Source: Eledone cirrhosa
Taxonomy: Eukaryota
Length of the DNA: 64,000 nt
Assembly (NCBI GenBank): GCA_964016885.1
Contig: OZ024741.1
Location: 190,526,001 to 190,590,000 of the forward strand
Direction: 5' to 3'
Shown here in pieces: positions 52,608 through 64,000 of this stretch. The notes under the pieces were generated by a model. It searched no databases. It was given only the letters and a program-made list of their open reading frames with translations, and was not told the origin of the DNA. The first letter of the stretch is position 1. Each line of letters starts with the position of its first letter. The position numbers and the translations under genes are program-made.

Positions 52608-54600
52608 TAACTTCACAACATTACCAACAACTTTACAAACAACTTCACAACATTACCAACAACCTCACAACATTACCAACAACCTCACAGCATTACCAAC
52701 AACTTCACAGCATTACCAACAACTTCACAGCATTACCAACAACCTCACAGCATTACCAACAACCTCACAGCATTACCAACAACCTCACAACATTACCAAC
52801 AACTTCACAGCATTACCAACAACTTCACAGCATTACCAACAACCTCACAGCATTACCAACAACCTCACAGCATTACCAACAACTTCACAGCATTACCAAC
52901 AACCTCACAACATTACCAACAACCTCACAACATTACCAACAACCTCACAACATTACCAACAACCTCACAACATTACCAACAACCTCACAGCATTACCAAC
53001 AACTTCACAGCATTACCAACAACTTCACAGCATTACCAACAACTTCACAGCATTACCAACAACTTCACAGCATTACCAACAACTTCACAGCATTACCAAC
53101 AACTTCACAGCATTACCAACAACCTCACAACATTACCAACAACCTCACAACATTACCAACAACTTCACAGCATTACCAACAACTTCACAGCATTACCAAC
53201 AACCTCACAACATTACCAACAACCTCACAGCATTACCAACAACTTCACAGCATTACCAACAACTTCACAGCATTACCAACAACCTCACAGCATTACCAAC
53301 AACCTCACAGCATTACCAACAACTTCACAGCATTACCAACAACTTCACAGCATTACCAACAACTTCACAACATTACCAACAACCTCACAACATTACCAAC
53401 AACCTCACAGCATTACCAACAACTTCACAGCATTACCAACCTCACAGCATTACCAACAACCTCACAGCATTACCAACAACTTCACAGCATTACCAACCTC
53501 ACAGCATTACCAACAACCTCACAACATTACCAACAACCTCACAGCATTACCAACAACTTCACAGCATTACCAACAACTTCACAGCATTACCAACAACCTC
53601 ACAACATTACCAACAACTTCACAGCATTACCAACAACCTCACAGCATTACCAACAACCTCACAACATTACCAACAACCTCACAACATTACCAACAACCTC
53701 ACAGCATTACCAACAACCTCACAGCATTACCAACAACCTCACAACATTACCAACAACCTCACAGCATTACCAACAACTTCACAGCATTACCAACAACCTC
53801 ACAGCATTACCAACAACCTCACAGCATTACCAACAACCTCACAGCATTACCAACTTCACAACATTACCAACTTCACAACATTACCAACAACCTCACAGCA
53901 TTACCAACAACTTCACAGCATTACCAACAACTTCACAACATTACCAACAACTTCACAGCATTACCAACAACTTCACAGCATTACCAACAACTTCACAGCA
54001 TTACCAACTTCACAGCATTACCAACAACCTCACAACATTACCAACAACCTCACAGCATTACCAACAACCTCACAGCATTACCAACAACTTCACAGCATTA
54101 CCAACAACTTCACAGCATTACCAACAACTTCACAGCATTACCAACAACCTCACAACATTACCAACAACCTCACAGCATTACCAACAACTTCACAGCATTA
54201 CCAACAACTTCACAGCATTACCAACAACTTCACAGCATTACCAACAACTTCACAGCATTACCAACAACTTCACAGCATTACCAACAACCTCACAGCATTA
54301 CCAACAACCTCACAACATTACCAACAACCTCACAACATTACCAACAACCTCACAGTATTACCAACAACCTCACAGCATTACCAACAACCTCACAGCATTA
54401 CCAACAACCTCACAGCATTACCAACAACCTCAAGACATTACCAACAACCTCAAGACATTACCAACTTCACAGCATTGCCAACAACTTCATGACATTATCA
54501 ACAACTTGACGACATTATCAGCAACTTCACATTACCAATAACCTCATAACATTACCAACAACTTCACATTACCAGCTAGTTGACAACATTACTAACTAAT
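52608..54600. repeat. 20-bp minisatellite, about 100 copies (aac(c/t)tcaca(g/a)cattaccaac)
   Basis: Directly visible tandem array with two binary variant positions and occasional 3-nt deletions. Confidence 0.99.
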
Positions 54601-55105
54601 TCACAGCATTATCAACAAGTTCACAACAAACTTCCCATATTTATAAGCCCGTTATTCAAGCAAGGAAAAAGTATATATTTTAATAATAGTTAGTCTTCAG
54701 TAGTAACAACACTATTATCAAAACTTGACAGATCTTATGTAGTCCCTTTTATTAATTTATTTCATTAATTTCCTGTTTTTGAGACAATGTTCAATTATGC
54801 TGATTCCCAAATAACAAACATAGCCACTATAACAAATACCAATTGTTATAAACACTTATTTGCAATCTTCTCATTTGAAATGAGTATTCCTAAACTCAGT
54901 AATAATTTGTGAAAATGTATACTCCTATAAAATACAACCCCACTTTTTTGCCTTTAATTTTAGTCAAAATTTCTTGTATTATACATTGGATAATTCAGTA
55001 CTTTGTGATAAATAACACATATCAATGTTATCTTTAATTCTTTTTATACCAAACTGCCTGAAACTAACCCTAGTTGTATAATACAAAACAGTTTTAATCC
55101 TTTAA

Positions 55106-55510
55106 CACTTTAGCATTTACATTACTCTATATATACTATTGTATTTTTGTGTTAAAGGCTTTATCTTACATAATTATCTCACATAATATCGAATCTGCAA
55201 GATTTTGATGTTATTTATTTTGAGAAAAATACCTTAATGTCAGTATGAGCAGCTAGTTACAGCCAGTTTGAAAAGAAACAGATAAGAGAATTCTGGCCGG
55301 ATATGGCATTTAAACCGGCCATATCCGGCCAGAATTCTCTCACCACTTTCTGTTCAAACCAACTGTAACTGGCTATTCATACTGATGTTAAGGTATTTTT
55401 CTTAAATAAATAATATCAAAATCTCATAGATTCGATATTATGTGAGATAATTATGTGAGGTAAAGCCTTTATCATGAAAATATTATAGTAGTAATGTAAA
55501 TGCTAAAGGG
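55106..55510. mobile_element. Head-to-head inverted dimer of a TTAA MITE, nested in another MITE
   Basis: TTAA at both ends. Each half is homologous to the monomer at 56317-56524. Perfect 23-bp central stem (55285-55307 / 55318-55340). Confidence 0.8.
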
Positions 55511-56316
55511 TTAAAGTGTTTGCATTTATCATAAAACCTTCCATCATAATTCTATGTAAGAAAATGTTGGTAAGTTTTGTTTCATACATCAGATTAAAAA
55601 TGAGAAAGTTAGTTATAATACTAAACCCTTCTAAGCTATTGATTATTTTAAAATGTATTTGAAAATCAAAGGCAGTGGCTTTTATTAGAAACACAGTAAC
55701 AAAAGCATTTCAGCCAACAATTTGAAAGGAAAACTAAACTATATCAAGGACAGTACAGTCTAAGATTCATGTTCTGAGAGAGAATTTTCCATAAAAAGAG
55801 CCTTAGTCTGTTGATGTGACAGAGGAGATTCCAGCTAATGTTTATTCCTCCTTGACATATAACATCTTATAAAGAGAATCATTGAGATAATTCTTCCCAA
55901 CACAGACACAAGGTAAACAATTTGGGGGAGGGGTTAGTCGATTATAGTGACCTCAGTACTTGACAGATACTTTGATTTATCAACCCCAGAAATATGAAAG
56001 GTAAAGCTGACCTCAGCAGGATTTGAACTCAAGATGCAAAGATACAGAACAAATACTATAAAGTATTTGTCCAGCATTCTGCCAATCCACCACCCTTTAT
56101 TAATTATCATCATCATCATGGCAATGGATTAGCAGAATCACTAGAGCATCAAAGAAAATGCTCTATGAGGTCAACTTTGCTTTTCATCCATTTGGGGTTG
56201 TTAAAACAAAATACAAGTAACAATGATAGCTCCAAATCAATTTGACAGCTTTGTGCCTCATCCTTATTTCTGGCAAAAGCGCAAGGCTACAGATTTTTAA
56301 AACTGTAGTTGATTAA

Positions 56317-56524
56317 CCCTTTAGCATTTAAACCAGCCATATTCGGCCAGAATTCTCTAACCTCTTTCTGTTAAAACCAGCTGTAACCAGCCACTTATAC
56401 TTATGTTAAAGTATTGGTCTGAAAATAAATAATATCAAGATCTCATAGCTGCAATATTATATCAGATAGAACCTTTTCCATGAAAACACAATAGTAAATA
56501 TAGAGTAATATAAATGCTAAAGGG
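56317..56524. mobile_element. piggyBac-like MITE monomer
   Basis: ttaa|ccctttagcattta...taaatgctaaaggg|ttaa: perfect 14-bp terminal inverted repeats and a TTAA target-site duplication. Confidence 0.88.
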
Positions 56525-58630
56525 TTAAATCAACTTTGGAAGGATGAAAGATAAAGTTGATCTCAACAACATTTAAACTCTCAAAAGAAATATAATAAAT
56601 GTAATATCTGTTTCAAATTTTACATTTTATTTCTTAGTCTGAATGAAGGGCTAGGGCAATGCCCAGCCATATTTATAGGCTCTCTTAGACTAAATATATG
56701 GAAAATTAAATGAGATAAGTATGGTTTAACTCTTAATGTCCTGTACCACATGAAATCACATTAGCAAGACATTTTTGAAAAGTATTAAACAGAACTAGGA
56801 TTCATCATAATAATCATCATCATCATTTTTCGTCCGCTTTTCCCTACTTGCAAGGGTGGGACGGGAACTGATTCTGGCTTGATTTCTACAGCTGGATGCC
56901 CTTCCTAACACCAACCTCATTTACAGTGAGTGCTGGGTGCTTTTTTTCCGTGGCGCCTACACGTCCACTTTACAGGGTGGGCTGGGTGCTTTTTTTGCCG
57001 TGGCACCTCCACGACCACTTTGCAGTGGAATGATAGGGACCCCAGTCTGTATCATCTCATTTCTACAGCTGAGTAAACTGGAGCAATGTGAAATAAAGTG
57101 TCTTGCTCAAGGAAACAACACATCACCTGGTCTGAGAATTGAACTCACAACCTTTCGATTGCAAGGCCAATGCTCTAACCACTAAGCCATGTGCCTCCAT
57201 TGTATCACATTAAAAATTGAAGTCTCTTGTTTACTGCAGACTTTTGCAGCAAACTGTTCACTAGTAGAGATACTAAATACATTTGAATTAACAATTTCTT
57301 TTTTTTTTTTTTTTTGCTAAAATCTACAGGATATGTTCACTGTTTGAAAGGAAGATTTAAACAGAAAAGTTTTCAGGAGATTTATCTCTAGAAAATATAT
57401 TTAGTATGTGTGTAGTGGGGAAGATGAGATATAGTAAGGATGAAGGGATGAGAGCATTGATGGTAGTAAATTGAATGGGTTTCAGTGTGGATTAGCATAT
57501 AGTCAGCAGAGTGAGATATGGTAGAAATGATGGGAGAAGAACAAAGATAGCGGGGATCAACATATAGTTACTCAGATGGCCATCAAGGTGAGATACATTA
57601 GCGAATTGAATAGGTTTCAATGTGGACCAGCATATAGCCAGTAAGATCTGAGGAACAAACTACTGCTGGTCAGCTGATTCCAGACCTATAATAAAATTCA
57701 TTTTTCTAGAGGTAATCATTCCATTGTTTTCTCCATTATCCAATGCATTTCTTTTTATAAGTCAGTAAGATGTGACTTGATAGAGGTTCATTGATATTTA
57801 TTGCTGAACATGTGGCCACATAGAAGATTTCTTAGCTTGACAGAGGCCGTTGTAATAGTGGTAGGTATAACATTAACTCTTAACCACACGAAACTGCATT
57901 AGTAAGTCATTCTTGAAATGTACAAAACACCATTACATTAAAAATTGAAGTCTTTAGTCAACTGCAAATGTTTACACTATGCCTAAGAGTAAAGATAATA
58001 CAAACATTTAAAAAAACAAGCCCATTTTTTAATATATATTTGCTAAATAATTATAGTATGTTAAGAGTTAAACAAAACAGTTCGCTAACCTAGCAAACAA
58101 CCTTCACCTGTCCACATGAACATTCTACCTGAAGTAGGTGATTACTTCAAACAACAGATATCATTAGTGACCTACCATATATTAATGACATTACAGGTGA
58201 TACTTGGAGTAAAGCAACACAGAAATAACAACAAACAAACTTTAATCAAGAGATAAATGATAGGGGCACCAAAAAATCATTAAGTAGAAGACCATGAAAT
58301 ATCTCACCAAATCTTTTCAAACAAATTATACAGAAGCAGCTATCAAATAAAATGTTACTTTATCTATTAGCTGTTATAATAGATTTGTATGCAAACAAAG
58401 TGATTGACTTGGGAAACATTGGGAAAATATGAAATGTATGCATCTCACTGCAAATTACTATAATAGTAAATCACTATAAAAAATATTTATAGTGATAAAC
58501 TATTATTATGGTAATTTTAGTTGGGACGCACACATCAAATTTTCCCAGAGCTTTCTAAGTCAACCACTTTGTTTGCACTTCTAACTACAGGCTTTAAAAA
58601 ATCTTCTAAAAGACAAAATTGATGGCCAGT

Positions 58631-58703
58631 GACTCATTAGTGTAGTAGTTGACACACTTGCTTGGCATCTGAGAGATGCAGGTTTCAATTCCTCTTAGGA
58701 ACC
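58631..58703 (+). pseudogene. Decayed tRNA-like sequence (tRNA pseudogene or SINE head)
   Basis: A-box-like tagtgtagtag and B-box-like ggtttcaattcc at tRNA spacing, but the acceptor stem pairs poorly. Confidence 0.4.
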
Positions 58704-60848
58704 TCTGCTACTTTTTACTGTCTCCTGGGGTTACCTGATTTTCTCAACTATTATTTTGGTCTAGCAATCAACTATTATTATGGTCGTTTGCATTGAGACA
58801 TACACATTTCATACTTGTATGTATCTACACAAACCAAATAGAAAAGCTGTTAAGATACCAAAGTAAAAACAGGGAATTTTGTTCATATTATGTACCTGTA
58901 ACATCTGTATGGGTAGTTATAACATGATGTCTTGTGCATTTTAAACTTAGCAGAGTCCATTGATTTCTTCCAGAGAAAGAGTGAGAGAGGGGAAGTAAGA
59001 AAAAGATATAGAGAAATAATCAACCCTAGTATTGGTTGGGTACTTTATTTATTGACTTTGAAAGAATGCAAAGCAAAGTTGACCTCGGTAGGATTTGAAC
59101 TCAGAGTGCAGAACCAGAATGAATACTGTAAATCCTTTTATCTGATGCTCTAACGATTCTGCTAATTCACTACATGTACATACACACACACTATAGTGTA
59201 TATAAGTAAGAGGCTGGACGTGTTATGATTGAATGACCAATGGGAGAGACTGCTCATGAAATTAATGTACAAGTGGCTGAGTATTCTACAGGTACATGTA
59301 ACCTCAATACAGCTCTGAGGGAGATTCAGCATGACAGTGTGTGACAAGGCTCACCATATGATTGTCAAGTGCAACTCAGACTGCAGGGAGCCAGAATGAA
59401 TACCACAAAGCAGTCTATCTGATGTTCTAACAATTTTACCAATTCACCACCTTCATATACATCAATAGTCATGTACTTTTTTCAGCCAAAACATTTGTCA
59501 TGTCTTGCCATTGTTGTTGCTGCTGTTGTTTAGTCTCAAGTCAGTCCTAATTCTGTAAACCTATGGCCAAAGTGGTTCTGGCCACAACCATCCTGTCTGG
59601 ATATAAAGTGTATTTATGACTACAGTAGAGAGTTGGTAGACTTGTTTGTTATTGGTATGGTCTGGACGGAGCTGTACCTATGGTATTGCAAGCCTCCCAA
59701 AACTATTGATACTTTCATACTTAACCCTTTGTATTTTTAATGATACAGCCTATGTGTTTTAATTAACTTTGAAAATAACCAAAAATTTGGAGCAATTTAA
59801 TTAAACAACTAAGTTTTTTTTGTTAATAAGCTGATATTTAGAGCAATACTTAGCAAAATTTCTTACTTAAAATTGGGATGAAAGATTTTAATATAAGGAT
59901 AAACATTTTAAAATTAGCAGTTTTGTATCATAAGTCCAGGGAAGCTTTAGGTAGTGTGGTATCAAAAGGGTTAATGTTCCTCTGCAGACTGGGTGTAATG
60001 GTTAGTGTGAGGCATAGGAATGAAGTGGGTGAACAAATATGGATGACAAGAGAAGGCAGTGCCTGGGTGGAATGGCAGGAGTCCAGCCAACTCTAAGGAG
60101 CAAAAACCAGTGTAGTAGTAAAGGGAGAGAGAGACAACAGATAGCATATCTGTTGAACAGAGGTTAGCAATAAGTTGATTGGCCTTTGTCTGGATGTAGT
60201 CTGAGATGTCTATGTGTGTGTAGCAGTGGTACCATCTCAGATGTGGAAATTATATTCCATTGTAGGTCTCACCTGAGCTATGTAGATGGCTGGCATATCT
60301 TCTGGTCCTGAAGAGGTAGGCCAATCTTTAAGATGCAATACTTGCTAAGTTGATATATATTTGCCAGGAGAAATCCTCAATTATAGCAGCATTTGTAGCA
60401 GCAGCTTCTTCTTTGCCAACTTATTCCTGGGACGGGGAGAGGGGAGTCCTGAAGCCCACCTTCCAGCAGGTCCTGTCAGCATTTGTAACGACTGTAAGAA
60501 TTCTAGTTGTAAACTATTGATGTTTAACTACTTAAATACCAATCTTGCTGAAACCAGCCCTGGTTCTATTATAAATAACTATTTGTTTTAGAGTGTTTAT
60601 ATTTATATGAAAACCTTCCATCATAATTTAATGTAAGAACCTTTCAGTTATGCTCCAAACACCAAATAAATAATGAGGAAGTTAGTTATATTAAAGAACC
60701 AATGCATATTTTTTATTATTCTAAAATCATAGGTAGTCTTTTATTAAAAATAATAATGAAGGGGTTAGAGAGAACGGTGTACAATGTTTTTCTTATATAT
60801 CTAGTGATTGATCCTTTGTGATATTGAAGGAAACAGGATTGGCATGAG

Positions 60849-61072
60849 CAAACTGAAATCACTGCTCATGAAATCAAAGTGAGAGGTGTTTAGGTTGCAT
60901 GTGGATGACATTTAGGTATGGAAGGTTAGGGAGCAATGACAGATTATATCAACTATGTACCTACATAGTTGATATAATCTGTCATTGCTCCCTAACCTTC
61001 CATACCTAAATGTCATCCACATGCAACCTAAACACCTCTCACTTTGATTTCATGAGCAGTGATTTCAGTTTG
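60849..61072. repeat. Perfect palindrome, 111-bp arms, 2-nt spacer
   Basis: caaactgaaatc...caactatgta / cc / tacatagttg...gatttcagtttg. Confidence 0.95.
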
Positions 61073-62285
61073 TTCTGCAGCTTTGATAGAGGTAATGGCA
61101 AATAAGTCAATATTATAGGAAGAAGAATGTGTGGGACAAAACCGGACAACTGAAGCACACCTGAGTTGATAGCAGTTCATAGGATCATGTAAATGTTCAC
61201 TCACTGATCTACCATATCTATTTTGGAGTAATTTACTTACTAATTGATATACTTAACTGAGGTAAAAATGGTCAATCTGATTGACCAAGGATCAATTTTA
61301 GCTACTGACATTTCGCTGTGTCTCTAGGTAGGTTGTGTAATTTAAAAAGGAAAAGAAAAATTAACTGTAGTGTGACATGGTCTTCTGTCTTATCTCCGAG
61401 GGTAGTAACTCCGAATAAGAACTGACTCAAACTGTAACAACCTATCTAATCCAGGCCAGTATGGAAAGCAGACGAAGAATAAGTATCAAACTTTAGGAAA
61501 TGCTACCATCCATGGATAGACGTTGAAACCAAGATGATATTCAAACCATCCATTTAATGCTACTGAGTTGAGGGGCTAAAAACGAAATTCAAGAGATTTG
61601 TGTCTTAATGTCTCATTAATTAAGTTTGTAAATTATTAATTTTTAATTTAAAAATACACGTATTAAAAGCACCTCTCAAAATAAAATATAAATACCTGAA
61701 AGACAATCCATAATCTTTATTTGTTCTCTTTAAATTAAGAACTAATTTAGAATAGAACACATACACATAAAATTACAGATATTAATATAAGTGTAAAATT
61801 AAACTAGCTAACAATTGAGCCTCTAAGTGGCCATTCATTGTGCTAGAAATAACAGCTATAAAGCATCAAATATCCCCCCCCCCCCCCTTCTGTTATGTTT
61901 ATTCAGAGAAATCTGACCCGGGGCTAAACTACAACAGCAATATAAAATATACCACCAAATACATTCAATTATAACCGCCAGATTATAAATCGAGTATTCT
62001 TACTTCCACAAACCATCGTCATTATCAGTAATGCACTGGGTAATTGCTGGCCTTGTGCTCAAAGTAGAAACAATTATTATTATGGTAGCAATAATGATAC
62101 AAGCAGAAATGACTACAGCACTACTATTTCTTAGTTCTTACGATCCCAAAACATCTGTTTCGTATTTTAAATAAATCCATTTTTCTAAAATTCCTAACAC
62201 ATAATAGGCTGACAAAATCTAAGAATAATATTCTTAGATTTTAGAATAATATTATGAGTGTGCGCGCGTGTTTTTTTTTTATGTG

Positions 62286-62349
<64 letters not shown>

Positions 62350-62991
62350 ATTACGAAAGAAGTGAGAACAGTGGTTAGGATCTCAAACTAAGACCACTTA
62401 CAGAATGAAAAATGTCTAAGTTTGGGTGTTGCCTCACTAAAATGACGTAACAACCACAATAGATACAAAGCGAAACCTGGTGATCATTATATATATAAAA
62501 CTGAGTTCAAATCCCGCCGGGGTCGATAAAATAAAGTACCAGTAATACACTGTGTGATTGCTGGCCTTGTGCCAAAAGTAGAAACAATTATATATATAAA
62601 ACTTATATACATACATTTATGTGTGTGTGTGTGTGTGTATAAGTTTTTTTAATGATTAAAAAATAAACAAAAGACCAATGTGTACCGTGACGTAAAGAGT
62701 AATTATAAAAAAAAATTGGCTATTAAGAATTAGAGTAATATCCTAAGATACCGAGATAAAAGTTGCCTTATTTGGCAAGGCAAATGAAATATATGAAGTA
62801 GGTTTCTTTGGAAGAAGAACAAGACGAAAATCGAGCTGCCACCCACGCAGGAGATAATTAACAATATACAAATAAACATATAAGCACACACACACACACG
62901 CGTGTGTGTACCACCACCCCACTCTCAAGAGCGTGAAATTAATAAACATTTGTTTGTACTGCCTCTCTGTTTTGTTCCCGTTCAATTTTTC

Positions 62992-63061
<70 letters not shown>

Positions 63062-63308
63062 CACTGTGGGAGATGGAATTTCAAAGTTTATATAGATGAT
63101 TTCAAAATTAACAAGGACTGCTGCCTCTCAAGTCGTTTATTTGAAGACTATGAAAGGTTTAAAGATATCAACATTTTGATAACGAGGAAGAGGCAACTTA
63201 TATCAACATTTGTCTTGGAGCAGCGGTTTATAGGGCAACGTTAACTCTATATAAACACATATACACATTCTTTTACTGGTCTCGGTATTCGGATTGAGAT
63301 CATGTTGG

Positions 63309-63376
<68 letters not shown>

Positions 63377-63605
63377 TTAAAAACAACAGAAGGCCGGTTC
63401 CGAAATTTACGTTAAGAATTTTAATTCTACCCATTGGTAAACAACCTAACACAAATGGTGTGTGTGTCTGTATATATCAATATTACAAATAGAGTTTATT
63501 AGTTATATATTACATAACGTTACAAATCGGAGTGAAAATATAAACACATATGACATACAAAGCATATAAATAAATTTACAGTAGAATAACATAACAAATA
63601 TGTTT

Positions 63606-64000
63606 TAAATATATACATAAATAACATTACAAATTGCTCGCGATTCTTTCAGAATAATATATTCCTTTAATGTTGCAATATTAAAGAAAATATAAAGGAA
63701 GGGGACAACCGGGCCGCTACCAGAGCAAAAGACAGCAGCGTCGCGAGGAGTAGTACTGGGCAACCTCTCTAATGATTTTTGAGGCAAGCCAGCACACTCG
63801 CAGCGTTGCCTCGGATGATGGCAAGGCTGATGCGCTGGAACAACCAAGCGCCCTCCCGAGATTCGTCAGTTACCTCTATTAGGCGAGCTGCCAATGAAGA
63901 GAGGAAACTCGCAGTCAGCAGCCCGACTCCCCCCAAACGTTTCGAAAGCCACAGGCTGGAAAAAGTAGCTGCCTGACAGATCACAGTATTTGAGGGTCTT
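63606..64000 (-). mobile_element. CRE-clade non-LTR retrotransposon 3' end (RLE endonuclease C-terminus), running off the window
   Basis: KTLKYCDLSGSYFFQPVAFET(frameshift)GGVG...FLSSLAARL...REGAWLFQRISLAIIRGNAASVLA matches the CRE-type ETxG...FQRxSxAxxRGNAA signature. Confidence 0.8.

Noticed and set aside
52567-54541. 641/654-aa TTSQHYQQ ORFs resembling mucins
   Set aside because: Open in more than one frame because the 20-bp unit lacks stops; no signal peptide or splice context.
62400-62900. Possible NCKAP1 promoter (TGACGT motifs, slightly more CpG)
   Set aside because: The first coding exon was not found downstream of it, and the motifs are too short to support a call.

Overview
This is AT-rich, repeat-dense animal genomic DNA. 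The SINE, microsatellite and retroelement landscape fits an octopus or other coleoid best (inference). The only host gene is on the minus strand: ten internal coding exons (26381 down to 2492) of NCKAP1/Hem/Nap1, a WAVE regulatory complex subunit. All ten have GT-AG splice sites and splice into one 331-codon frame. The first coding exon and the 3' exons were not found in the window. The introns hold three long minisatellites (30, 29 and 20 bp units), complex (TA/CA) microsatellites, tRNA-head SINEs, RTE, CR1-like and CRE LINE remnants, piggyBac and hAT fossils, TTAA MITEs, non-autonomous Helitrons, a full-length degenerate U6 copy and two Naiad-like Penelope elements. The most notable signal is a set of type I hammerhead ribozyme motifs: six motif copies from three sequence families. 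Some lie in (TA)n-flanked fold-back elements with one hammerhead on each strand, the best being a 149-bp-arm palindrome at 50035-50345. One Penelope copy has an in-frame TGA at a conserved Cys, a possible selenocysteine relic. Long near-perfect palindromes are unusually dense throughout. All calls were made by eye; no searches were run.
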